The notes under the pieces are model-generated. The model did no database searches, had not been told where the DNA came from, and saw only the letters and a list, made by a program, of their open reading frames with translations. A program made the position numbers and the translations under genes. Source: Psilocybe cubensis (taxonomy: Eukaryota). Taken from it: 64,000 bases of DNA. Shown piece after piece: positions 52,158-64,000 of the stretch (within the stretch, counting starts at the first letter, position 1; each line of letters opens with the position of its first letter). The stretch spans positions 1,674,001 to 1,738,000 of the forward strand of contig CM039000.1 of NCBI GenBank assembly GCA_017499595.2, given 5' to 3'.

Positions 52158-54125
52158 ATGTCGACCGCGAATCCGTCTGGCTACGATGTGCGCCCACAGA
52201 GACAGCCGGAGCTGCCCCACTGTATTTCTTGTCTCTTTTCTCCCGTCTTCTCCTCTTGACTCCTCCCACAGCAGACCCGCCCCAGTACGATGATCACCTG
52301 CCAGACTCTTTCAGCACCCTCTCTCTCGCCGACCCCATTCCCCGTGCTGCCTCTGCCATGTCCCATGCCTCCGCTCCCCCGCGCACACACCCACCCCCCA
52401 GGCACGCCATGACCCTTCCTCCCAACCAGCAGTACCCCCACTCCGCCTACAGCGACTCTGCCGCACCCCCGCCCCAGCACTACCACATCAACGGCCCTCC
52501 GCCTCCACATCACAACGAGTACGACGACTACCACTCGGCTTATCGCTCTCCAGACAGCTTCGCCCCCCATCCCCAGTATCCACCGCCCCAGCAGCATCTC
52601 CATCCCCATCACCACCAGCCATGGCAGCCCCCGCCTCCCCCTCAGAACTACCACAACCCCCTCTTTGCTGCCGCGTCTAATGTCCTCGGCATGGCTCCTC
52701 CCCCGCACCCACAGGGTCCTCCTATCCAGCGAAATCCTGCCCATGCTCCTCCCATGTCCTCCGATCGCAGTGTCTACGCTGCCTCTGTCTCCTCGGGTCA
52801 TTCTGGGAGCTCTGGCCAGCCTTCCTTCCAGTCCAACGATCAGTATTCCGTCCAGCAGCATCACGATTTCGACCCTCGTCCCCCCTACGAGCGCGCTGCT
52901 ACCTCTGCCTCTCTCGCTCCCTCCTCTACAAAAAGCAAGGCCGTCGATCTCAGCTCGCCCCCTTTTACCAAAGAATACATAGATCAGTATCGCCAGAGAA
53001 TCAAGGCGGATCCAGACCCCGAGGCTCACTTTCTCTACGCCAAATACCTCATCGATGCTGCCAAACATATCCGTACCTCAAATACAGACGCACGTGGCGC
53101 GAAAAAGTACAGCGAAGTTCTCATCGGCGAATCTCTCAAGGTCATCCGCAGACTCGCTACACAGGGCGAAGCATATGACGAGGCTCAGTTTTTCCTCGCC
53201 AACTGCTACGGCACTGGCGCCCTCGGTCTCCAGGTCGACCACGAGCGCGCCTACCACCTCTATCTCCAGGCCGCGAAGCAGAACCATGCCGCCGCGTCCT
53301 ATCGCGTCGCCGTCTGCAATGAGATTGGCGCAGGCACCAAAAAGGAGCCGTCGCGCGCAGCCGCGTTCTACCGCAAGGCCGCCTCGCTCGGTGACACCCC
53401 TGGCATGTTCAAGCTCGGTATGGTGCTCCTGAACGGTGCACTCGGCGAGCAGAAAAACCCCCGCGAAGCTATCAGCTGGCTCAAGCGTGCCGCGGAGCAG
53501 GCAGACGAGGATAACCCCCACGCGCTCCATGAGCTCGCGCTGCTGTACGAAAACCAGACGGGCGCGCTCGTGCCGTACGACCCTGCATACGCCAAAAGTC
53601 TGCTCACGCAGGCTGCCCAGTTGGGCTATACCCCGTCGCAGTACAAGCTTGGCCAGTGCTATGAGTACGGCTCGCTCACTTGTCCTGTTGACCCCCGTCG
53701 ATCAATAGCCTGGTACACCAAGGCTGCGGAAAAGGGAGACGCCGAGGCAGAGCTCGCGCTCAGTGGATGGTATCTCACGGGAAGTGAAGGTGTTCTCAAG
53801 CAAAGCGATTCAGAAGCTTACCTCTGGGCACGACGCGCCGCGAACAAGGGGCTCAGCAAGGCAGAGTATGCCGTCGGGTACTATGCTGAAGTGGGCATAG
53901 GTATCAAGCAAGACATTGAATTCGCCAAGCGATGGTACATGCGTGCTGCTGGTGAGTGTAAAAAGCAACACTTTTTGCATTTCGAATGACTGACTCGTTA
54001 TTCTAGCACAAGGCAACAAACGTGCCATGAATCGATTAACAGAAATGAAGCGCATGGGCAACAAGCGTGGAAATGTCGCCCGACCAACGCGACAACAGGC
54101 CAAAGACGAGTGCGTCATCAGTTGA
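52158..54125 (+). CDS. Sel1-repeat chitin synthase activator (Chs4/Skt5-like) with C-terminal CaaX
   Basis: Pro/His-rich N-terminus, multiple SEL1 repeats (AQFFLANCYGTG, ELALSGWYLTG, AEYAVGYYAEVGIG), ending KDECVIS*; start inferred by splicing a short first exon. Confidence 0.87.
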
Positions 54126-54329
54126 CCGACCCGTCTGCACCCCCTTTCTTCTTTGATATATATGCTATCAATCATCATCGGGTTTTCTACTTGTTCAACG
54201 ACGCCTCTTCGTTTATTTATTCATCTCTCTAGTTTGTTGGTACAATCGGGCTCGTTTTCTACATAGTTCATAATTTTTTTTGTTAAGCAATAACTTTAAT
54301 GTTAGGTATGGTCATAGCATGCCAGCTAG

Positions 54330-55943
54330 TCATTTTTCGCTCAATTCCGCAACACCAGGCAAAGTCTGCAACGCGACCCATGAGTACTCTGTCAATGTAT
54401 GAATGTCTACGATGCTTACCTTGCCCTCGAGAAGCTCCAGGCTGGCTCCTCCTCCAGTGCTGACATGGCTGAGCTCGTCTTCTTTGCCGTGGTTGGCAAC
54501 AACTGTCGCAGTATCTCCTCCTCCAACAATCACAGTGGCTCCCTTCTTGACCGCTTCAATTGTAGCATCCAGGAGCTCCTTGGATCCCTCAGCAAAAGCA
54601 GGGAACTCAAACACACCAGCAGGACTAGACCCAAGTAAATAAACTAGCCGAATCTCTAAAAATTGTCACTTACCCGTTCCAGAGAATGGTCTTTGCTTCT
54701 AGCACAGTTTGCTTGAAGAGCTCACGGCTCTTCGGACCAGCGTCGAGTCCCATCCAACCGTCGGGAATTCCTCCCTCATCGGTAGCAACTCCGGTCTAAA
54801 TCAATGATCGTTACCATCTTCATCTCTCTCGGTATGCTTTTACACTCACCTGAGCATTCTTGTCAAACTTGTCGGCCGTGATGTAGTCCACTGGGAACAC
54901 AAGCTTGACGTTGTTCTTCTTCGCTTTCTCCACTAGACCAGCGACTTTTTCAGAGCCAGCTTGGTCGAACAGGGAGGTACCGATCTACTATGACGTCATT
55001 ATTACGAATGTCCGAGACCAAGATAAGTGCGTACGGGAACTTTGTCCAGAGTCTTTTTGAAGGTGAAAGACATTCCACCGCAGATGATCAAAGAGTTGAC
55101 CTGCGACGCATGAGCAAGGGCATTAATCATTGAAAAAATGTGAATTACCTTGTCCAACATGTTGTCAATAAGCTGGATCTTATCAGAGACTTTGGCACCA
55201 CCGAGGATAGCGAGGAAAGGGCGTTCAGGGTTTTCGAGTGCTTTGGCAAAGTATTCCAATTCCTTCTTCATAAGGAATCCGGCGGCCCTTTGGGGGAGCT
55301 TAACGCCGACCATACTCGAGTGGGCGCGGTGAGCGGTACCAAAGGCGTCGTTGACGTAGACATCACCGAGTTTGGTGAGCTGCTCGCGGAACGCAGTGAC
55401 GCTAGCGGGATCAGCCTTGGTCTTGCTGCCGTCCTTGTTCTTGACGGAGCCCTCCTCCTCAATGTGGAAACGCAAGTTCTCGAGGAGGATAACGGAACCT
55501 TCTGGAGCAGAGTTGACGGCCTGTTCCACCTCAGCTCCGACACAGTCGTTCAAGAAGATGACTTTCTTTCCGAGGAGTTTTTCAACTTCTGCGGCGACGG
55601 GTTTCAAAGAGTATTTCTCGACGACTTTGCCATCGGGGCGTCCGAGATGGGACATCAGGACAACGGCGCGAGCGCCTGTAGTCGAGCGATTTAAATAAGT
55701 AGAGATTCATAGATATGTAAGACGCGTACCATTCTCGAGAGCGTACTTGACGGTGGGCAGAGCCGCTACGATTCTCTACGAAAAAAGATGAAACATATTG
55801 ATAGGAGACGCAATCTTTGACGGACATACCGCAGGGTTAGTGATGTGTCCGTCCTGGATGGGGACGTTAAAATCAACGCGAATGAGAACGCGCTTTCCCT
55901 TGAGGTCGAGATCAGTAATAGAGAGCTTGTTAGAGAGGGACAT
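54330..55943 (-). CDS. PGK1: Phosphoglycerate kinase
   Basis: [86 protein letters not shown]. Confidence 0.98.
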
Positions 55944-56118
55944 GGTAGATGGAGAGACGATGGAGGGAGATGGGTAATCTCGCCGACTCGATATTTATGG
56001 TACCACAGATTTTCCTTTCTGGGATAGTCTGGACCCCTCATCGTGAGGTTAGGGTTTCTCGTCTATTAATTCTCCAGAGTCGCTCTTGATCTTCCTTCGC
56101 ATCGCCTCCCATTGACCA

Positions 56119-56954
56119 ATGGCCGAAAACACATCCAACGCTCTAGGCCTCGACTTTTCACAGGAAACCGTCGAAGAGAAGCCAGAATATCAGGAACCAG
56201 AACAATCCTCGCAGACTGTCGCTCCCGATTCTTCTAGTCGGAAGGAACAAAAGGAAAAACCTTATGTCAATCCAGAACGTGTAAAGACAGGTGGCAGCCA
56301 AAGAGTATGGATCCTACCGTATTCTCTCTAAACTATCCCTTACATTCGTCCGTCAAGGATAAATTAAGCGATGAAGCTCTTGAAGAACGAATGGCTCGCA
56401 TCCGGCAACAAAACGAAAAAATCAAACAGAGAAGAATAGTCAGTCTATATAATCATCATGCTGATAACGCGATTGACAAACGTTACATTTTACCTCAGGA
56501 TGTGCAAGCTGATGAAGCTGCCTTCCGTCAGACACAGGAACGAGAGCGGGAAAGGCAGATGCAGAACCGCAAAATACAATCAGAGATCGACCGTGCTCGC
56601 GACCAAAACGCACAACGAAAAATGGCAAAGGTCCAAAGCCGTGAATGGGACTCTGGAAAGCCTTCGAGAAATATCAATCCTCCTTCATCTTCTCAAACAG
56701 ATGCTGCACCTCAACAAGGCTCCGTGGAAGACGAAACTGCGCCATCGCCTACAATTGCACAAGAACCAAGTGCTGATTCTGGCAACTGGGTTCGTGGAGG
56801 GCCACATCAAAGAGGTCGTGGTAGAGGCAGGGGCAGAGGATCGGGCCGCGGTGGTGGTAACTTTAATAATCGTCGTGATACACCGCAATCAGCTACATCT
56901 GCACATGAAGAGCCTAAACAAGAGGCCGATGACCAAGTTGCTCCTACCGAATGA
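56119..56954 (+). CDS. Hypothetical protein with coiled coil and RG/RGG box
   Basis: Two introns join KPYVNPERVKTGG/DKLSDEALEERMARIRQQNEKIKQRR/DVQADE...SREWDSGK...RGRGRGRGRGSGRGG; divergent from PGK1. Confidence 0.7.
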
Positions 56955-57061
56955 TTCCCATCGTTTCTTTCATTTATTATACCCGTATCCATGATACTTA
57001 CATGAAACTATTCAAACCCTGCATCTGCCAAATTTTACGTTTGTTATACATCCTATGATAT

Positions 57062-58849
57062 CTACACACAAGGATTTCGCTCATTTAACGCCCGACTTGG
57101 GACTGGTAATCGAGAACTCCTTTTGAATGCAGGAATCGACATTGAAAATCCGCTATTTTCCTTCCCTTCAGCTGCTTGTAGCGCGCCTGTTTCCCTAGAA
57201 CTTGGTGGCTGATCTTCTACACTTCTTCTTTTCTGTGGAGAGGACTTGGCCATGTACCTATGCCATGACCGTCGCGATGTACATTCCTTGCTGGCAGTCT
57301 TGATTGAATGAGGAGGTGCGTCATTTTTTCGGCGAGAGTCACCTAGTGGCCTTGTGTTCGTCTTTATATTGGTTGAATCTACGTTCACCCAAACCTGGGA
57401 ATTAGTTGAGACGAGGGGTGGTATAGGGAGACATGTGGACGAAGCCGATGCTATGAGTTTCTTGTTTGACATTGAAACTGGTAAGCGGATATCCGCTGAA
57501 GCTGAGTCACTAGCCTTGGTAGATTGACCCGCCGATTCACACTTGGAGCTACTGGTATCCACACCAAACGCTCTCTAATTTGGTCAGTTTCGTCTGATAA
57601 ATTAAAGAGACTTTCAGCGTACCTGGAATATCATGCTAATGTCTTGAAACGATTCTATGCTGAGACTATGGCTTGCATGTCGAGACAATCCTGCAGTATA
57701 ACTTATAGATCCAGAGGCTTCCAACGAACTATTTCGCCGAGAGCTGGACGACGCCAAACTCCTCGAAACACTACCAGAACCGAAAAGAACACTGATCTCC
57801 TGCTTCATTGACTCGCTTGCCAAAGGTTCAAGCCGGGAGAATACTGACTCTTTAGAAGCAGATGTATCAAGAGTATAGGCAGCCCCCGTGGGTGTTTGTC
57901 GGTCGGTTAGTAATTTCAATCCAGCACTATCAATGGTCCTGGAAGTATTTTCCACGGCAAGTTTCGCAGACAAGGCCCTGCGCGACATCAAGGCTTGAAC
58001 GGCGGCCTGTCGATCTGCAGGTATAACCTCACGAATTGACGAGATTGTTGAAACAGAAGGTGTAATCGTGTCCTGGTGCTCCTCAATGGCAACAGCCAAT
58101 CTCTTCCAAAACTTGCTGATTTTCTTTTGGTCTCGGAGCTCTTTCCGAGCCGCGAGTGTCATTCTAAGAGCAGAAGAATATTCGTCCAGGGTCCTTGGTT
58201 TCTTTGACTCTCCTAAGGAATCCGAACCACTGGCGGAAGACGTGCTTGGTAACCCTGTTCTTGGGTACAAAAGGACCTGGCTCTTTTGCGACTGCAGTGT
58301 ACTCGTATCTCCAGAAAATCTAGTGAAACTTGTGTCGCCAGATTGATCTGCACTCAGATCCAAAGATACACCAAAGCTCGCTTTTTCGTGCCTTAATTCT
58401 TCAATAATTCGCTCAAGTTTAGCGGATTTCAGTCTTTCAGCTACCAATTCCTCGTGGCAGTCCCTTAACAAAATCTGGAGTTTTCCATATTCCGAGATCC
58501 AAAAATTGACAGCTTCAGAAAGTCGTGCAAGTTCCTTGTTTACTGAAGATTGGATATTGGCTAATGAGCTTTTGTCGCTGTTTCGACGAGAGCGCCAGAT
58601 GCCTAGCACGCGATCCGACGGCGTGTCATATAGGTGATTGAAGTTGACGGGGATCGGTGGTGGATTAGAGGTGACCAAGTCAAAGAGCGATAACGGAGCA
58701 GTACTACGGTGACAGTCCCCTATGGTGAACGATGAGCTTCTGATATTTGTAGTTGCTGGGAAGTCCAGACTTGGTGCTGAGAGACCTGGCACAAAAGTAG
58801 CTGATTTAGTCCGGCGATGGAGGAGATTGAAAGACTTGAAAAATCTCAT
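57062..58849 (-). CDS. Hypothetical Ser-rich / coiled-coil protein
   Basis: 414-codon ORF plus a downstream 166-codon ORF joinable through a short intron near 57570-57620; no family motif recognised. Confidence 0.6.
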
Positions 58850-59028
58850 TTTGGTCAATAAGAAACTGCAGGCTGAGAAGAATAGAATGTGTGGACGACA
58901 TAGTATTTATGGTTTTAGTAGATAGTGGCTGACAAAAGAGCTGTGTCCATTCTGCGCATTGGAGACACTGGTACATCAAATTAGGAAGGCATGATCGGAG
59001 TCACTCTATTGCGACCCTATAGATATCG

Positions 59029-59047
59029 ACTACTACTACTACTACTA
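59029..59047. repeat. (ACT)n microsatellite, about 6 units, upstream of SCY1
   Basis: actactactactactacta read directly from the sequence. Confidence 0.7.
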
Positions 59048-59080
59048 GGACGCCAGTTCCTTGAACACGTCGTGGCCAAT

Positions 59081-62000
59081 ATGTTCGCTGCAGCCACTTC
59101 TTTCTTTGCCCGGACCAATATCAGTCAGTCGTATAGCATTGGCTCGCCGTCACAAGGACTGGGATTAGGGACTAGCAGGCCATCTACTCCAGGAGGTACC
59201 TCAACAGGGACCTCACTGTCTGCACCACCTGCTGCAACTCCTACTTTCTACATAGGATTATGGAAAGTGCAATCTGCCTGGCATAAGGTCACCAATAAAC
59301 GCGTGTCCGTATGGACTTTCGATAAAAGAGGACAAGATATGGAAAGATTGGGCCCTCAGTCCAAGGAAAGAGTAGTTGAAGTTATGAAATCTGAGGTGTG
59401 TTATCAACTATGCATGGCATGTAGTAAAATTAACAACATCTCCTTTTTCTGCTCGAAAATTAGGCTTCAGCTCTAGGAAGACTGCGGCACCCTTCTATCC
59501 TAGGTGACTTGTTTGACAATGTTCAAAAACACATCAGGAAACTCACGCGTTTCGTTGAAGAAATGGTGGAACCTTTAGAAGAAACACGGAATGAGCTTGT
59601 GTTTGCCACAGAACCAGTGCTGGCGTCGCTGCAATTAGCCATCCCAGATTCCGGAAGACAGACTTCTCTTGTTGAACTTGATGAAATCGAGGTATCCTGA
59701 TCGTTATTTCTGAATATCTTATGGATCAAATCTAACGGGCACCACGTTAAGATACAAAAAGGTGTGCTTCAAATGTGCAAAGGGCTCTCATTCCTCCACA
59801 CGTCAGCAAAATTAATTCATTCACATCTGTCTCCCGAAACTGTGGTGATCAATGGTGCCGTGAGTCGTTCGCCCTTTCTTTCCTGCCACGCGTTTGACCT
59901 TTTGCTACAAAGGGTGATTGGAAAATTTCAGGTCTAGGTTTGACCATTCCTCTGTACGCTCCTGGAGGAGGTGCAACCCGGTGGGAGTTTCCGACCTTCG
60001 ATGGGAGAGTACCGCCATACATTCAAAGATCATTTGACTACATGGGTGGGCCCCTACATTTAATACCCAGATTATAAGCTCAGTTCTTTCTCTCACCCTA
60101 GCTCCGGAGTATGCTTTGGATGAACAACTCGTAACTGCCTCAGATATGTATTCCCTTGGGTGTATATTGTATGCAGTCCATTGCAAGGGAATCCCTCCTT
60201 TCAGGAATCACGGTAGTCTTGGTGGATTGCGTGAAAACGCTTCAAAACCTGTGCCTGGTATTGATAGGCTTGACGGTGATCTTCAAGGTGATATTGTATC
60301 ATTACTCCAGTTTTCCTTCAACTTACCAAAACTATTCGATTGTCAGTCCTTCTCAGGTCTCTAATCACGCGACACTATGGATCGAGACCTACCCCTGAAT
60401 CATTACCCTCCCATGCTTTTTTCTCATCGTTACCTATCTCTACTTTGAATTTCTTGGATCGCTCGAATTTCACTGCCAAGACGCGAGAAGAGAAGATATC
60501 TTTTATGAAAGGCCTTACCACTGTCTTGGATCGGTTTTCAGAAGGATTACGAACAAGGAAAATTCTCCCTTCATTATTGGAAGAAGTGGGTAACGAACAT
60601 TTGTTGTCTCCTGTTCACTTCTCAATGTGTTTTCTGCAGATGAAAGATACTCAACTCTTGCCTTACATTTTACCCAATGTCTTTGTAATATCCCAAAATT
60701 TATCTGCATCCCAATTTGCTTCCATCGTATTGCCAAGCTTGAAACCCTTGTTTGCGATTCGAGAACCACCTCAAAACATGTTGACCCTTCTGGACAATCT
60801 TACAATGCTTCAAGACAAAACAGACAAAAACGTTTTCAGAGAACGTCAGTTAGCAAATTGTCTCTCCCTCCTCGTGCACTAACTCTTCTTATACTGGTAG
60901 ATGTCCTCCCTCTTGTTTACAATGCGCTTGAATCTGAACATGCCGTGGTATGATACTGCGTTTGCTGTTATTTTATTCACATTTGCTAAAAGTTCTACTA
61001 GGTGCAAGAGAGGGCTTTGAAAGTCGTTCCTGGATTATGTGATACGATTGATTATGCTGAAGTTCAAGAAGTTCTTTTCCCCAGAGTAGCCGTGGGTATA
61101 TTTCATATCGCTCATTGATAAAATCTTGACTACTAGTTCACATTAGTTTGTGTTCACCAAAACTCGCATATTGACTGTGAAAGTTGCTACTCTGGTTACT
61201 CTACTTGCAATGGTGAAAACCTTGGATCAGGTATAAATATCCCACTTATGTCACAGCATCATTTTTTAACACTACTTCTTTAAAAGACAACGTTAACCCA
61301 GAAGCTTGTACCATTGCTGTCAAAGATCCGCACGAAAGAACCCGCTGTGATGGTAAGCTATTAGTCTCTCGCTTAGCAATGACCTGCTGTGAAATACAAT
61401 TAGATGGCAACATTATCTGTGCAAGAAGCCATGGGATTGAAAGTAGATCGAGAGGCGGTCGCAACTTTGGTTTTACCTCAACTATGGGCAATGTCAATAG
61501 GACCATGTACGTTTCCCAAACGGTATCTATCACCTTATCTGATCTGCTTCAGTATTAAGCGTTGGTCAATTCCAGCGTTTTATGCAGGTCATCAAAAAAC
61601 TTGCAGAGCGCGTTGAAAAAGAGCATGATCAATTTCTGCGCGATTCTCAACGTCTGGAAGATCGGTCGGGCATAGCAACTGATGGAAATCAAGTTGCAAA
61701 TGGAATCACTCAGAATGTCGATTTTGAAAGTCTGGTTGGTGGAAAGGCAAATGGCCAAACAATCAAAGCAGACACTGCCGTCGACAATAATGCTTCTTGG
61801 GATGATGATGTATGGGGAAGTATATTTAATAACAATCTGGTAATATTCTGCAGCCTTTATGGTGGGTCATTGATATTAATAATTGGTTCTCAGAGCGCAA
61901 CGTCATCTACGACAACTTCACCCTCACCACCTCATCAATCGAGCTCTTTTGCTTCTCCCGCATCATCCTCTCTAGTCGCAACTCTGCCCTCCAGGAATAC

Positions 62001-62463
62001 TTCTTATCAATCTCGTCCATCTAACTTAAACCCGATTCCTTTGTCGTCAACTTCTACTGCGAGCCCTCTATCCAGACGTCAAGAAAGAATGGCCCCAGAT
62101 GTGCAAAAATCCGTCAATACTGGCTCGCAGGCACGAATGTCTTATTCCCAAAACCTCCTGCCCACTCCTCCTAGAGTAACCCCACAGGCGCTTTCACAAC
62201 CTCTGCAACCGACATACTCCGCCCCCAACTATAATATCTATGCATCCCCTGCGGGTACAGCTACTAGTGGCTCAGCTTTCGCTCCAACGATTAATGCATC
62301 CTTGCCTTTGATGCCACAGCAATCAAGCATGGCTTCGCTTACACAACCGATTCAACCTCAAATGGGTGGTCTACTGACACCATCAAGACCAGTTCAATCA
62401 TCAACAGGGACATCCAATGTGCTTTCGAAAGATGACTGGGGGGATTTCGACCCGTTATCATAG
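59081..62463 (+). CDS. SCY1: SCY1-like pseudokinase with HEAT repeats (Scy1/SCYL2/Ppk32)
   Basis: IGLWKVQSA..VSVWTFDK, LGRLRHPSIL, FATEPV, GLSFLH, GDWKISG, FDYM/APEY, HEAT region (KILPSLLEE, VLFPRV), C-terminal DDWGDFDPL. Confidence 0.88.
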
Positions 62464-62554
62464 CAAAATTCTGATCATAATAGTCTAATATTGAATGTAT
62501 ACCTCTTGACATTGGTTTAAATAAACCCAAGATCCCTATTTGCTGATTACTTAG

Positions 62555-64000
62555 CTAGGTCCTAGGTGTATCATCTTTACAATCAATCTGCGTCCCCGTT
62601 AAGTAGTCAAGAATAATCTTAGCACCAGACTTTGAAGATATCAAGTTTGCATCCTTGCAGGCTTGACTTTGCACGCCTTTTTGTTCGCCATTAGAGTGTG
62701 TTGTTAAATATGTATGGTTTAACGCACACAAAGAACATCCATCAACACATTTACAGTTGCTGACGATTAACCGAGCTCGGTCAAAAAGAACCTGCACTAA
62801 TTATTTGTTGAAAGCGATTCCGAAGACATTCGTATATCATAACACAAAACCACTCACCGTTGTCAAATGCTCGAGAAATTACACCGCCCGTTTTTCCAAC
62901 AGCATCGTAGAATACTAATCTATATACCAAACTTAAATATGCGCAACCATATTTTGAACTTTAGTACCTGGGGGCCCGTTTAGCTGAGGTATTACCATCG
63001 GCGTATCCTTCCTTTGCGACCCTGCAATCGGTTTTAACGTCTTGGGATAAGGCGTACTGGTTAAGGACAGCGTGTTCGGCAGCGTGTATGGCGGCCGCTC
63101 CGTCGATTTCCTCGGCGTATAGTCGTTCCAATATGACATTGGGCAGGTCGATCCAGAACCCAATAGTTTCTCGTTCCCAGGGTGGAGTAATCAGTTCAAC
63201 CGCGTCTAATATGTTGCTGCCTCTAATAAAGAGCGTTAAGAGCACAAAGTAACCATCATAGGTTGATTAGACTAACCTAATCTTGAAGAAACCTTTTCCA
63301 GGTGGGTCAATACAATTTGAGATGATGCTAGAAGGCCTTCACGCACCGAAGACTTTGACGCAGACATTTAACCCTGGTAAAGTCGATGATAAACCACCGA
63401 GGATGTAGAATGATAGAAACATACTTCCGAATTCAACGACAGTATTTTCGAATTTTAGCGCGCGAAAAGTTTGAAGAGGTAAGATCCGACTATGACCATG
63501 TGGTATCAGCCAGCTGGAACCCCTGGGACCCGAGAAAAAATATCCTACGTTACATCCCTGCAAGAAATTTGATAACCAGGTAAGAATTATACCGTAATGA
63601 TAACACTGGTGTCGGATTTATACCTTGGAGATGTTATATAGTTGACGTCCGCTCGAACGACTTTGGCCACTTTGGAATCATGGCTGACCTCTTTGACCTA
63701 CAAGGTGATCAAGGTTTCAGCGTAATCCGTACTAGTCCGACCACTCACTATGAAAGTTTCTCCTTGATGCATAAACTGTACCAAATTTTCTAAGTCAATC
63801 AACCAGCTTCCAGAAGAAACATACCACGCCTCCTTCATATAGCTCAAAAAGGGCTCTCGAAAATTCTACTTCCTCCAACTTGTTCAAACTTGTGCTGTTG
63901 GTCATATCCACGACCATGTATGTTTCTTCCTGGGTCCCGCCTAGTGTTTGAATGCTTAGCATAAAGAATTATTCCAAGGATCGCAACTCACGTATAGCAA
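62555..64000 (-). CDS. HRQ1: Hrq1/RECQL4-like helicase C-terminus with DUF1998 zinc domain; 5'-truncated by window edge
   Basis: EEVEFSRALFELYEGG/FMHQGETF, VFG/FFK, AAAIHAAEHAVL, TDCR, LVFYDAVGKTGG, CKCVDGCSLC/VQSQAC...SKSGAKIIL*. Confidence 0.85.

Noticed and set aside
52181-53530. Long antisense ORFs over the CHS4-like gene (and similar ones over the arrestin and PGK1 genes)
   Set aside because: Shadow ORFs caused by GC-rich codon bias of the real gene on the other strand; no recognisable motifs.

Overview
Gene-dense, intron-rich (mostly ~50-60 nt introns) fungal genomic DNA, most consistent with an agaricomycete basidiomycete; the taxon is inferred from gene content and intron style. About 22 host genes are present: an Argonaute 3' end, mitochondrial AsnRS, an arrestin adaptor, class I RtcA, CDC50, MCMBP, an SGS1-like RecQ, NUF2, an ING protein, an MLKL-like protein, a Zn2Cys6 factor, a DnaJ-ankyrin protein, a DYRK/Pom1-like kinase, a BCKDK/PDK-like kinase, RPT1, VMA1, GAL7, PNKP, JHD1, CHS4/SKT5, PGK1, SCY1, a partial HRQ1, and two orphan ORFs. 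Highlight 1: a complete 6016-bp Ty3/gypsy chromovirus (11350-17365) with identical 183-bp LTRs and a 5-bp TSD, inserted in a coding exon of MCMBP. It has an 11-nt PBS complementary to its own LTR (Tf1-type self-priming), a -1 frameshift heptamer plus stem-loop, and an atypical chromodomain followed by an AT-hook-like tail. Highlight 2: an MLKL-like four-helix-bundle + TKL pseudokinase gene whose catalytic loop (HGN instead of HxD) only reads through via an 8-nt micro-exon, a candidate fungal cell-death effector. Also noted: a recurrent ACGCG(T)+CAC(G/A)TG motif pair in four divergent promoters and the LTR. Spliced gene models were read by eye, so some start codons are approximate, and no database searches were run.
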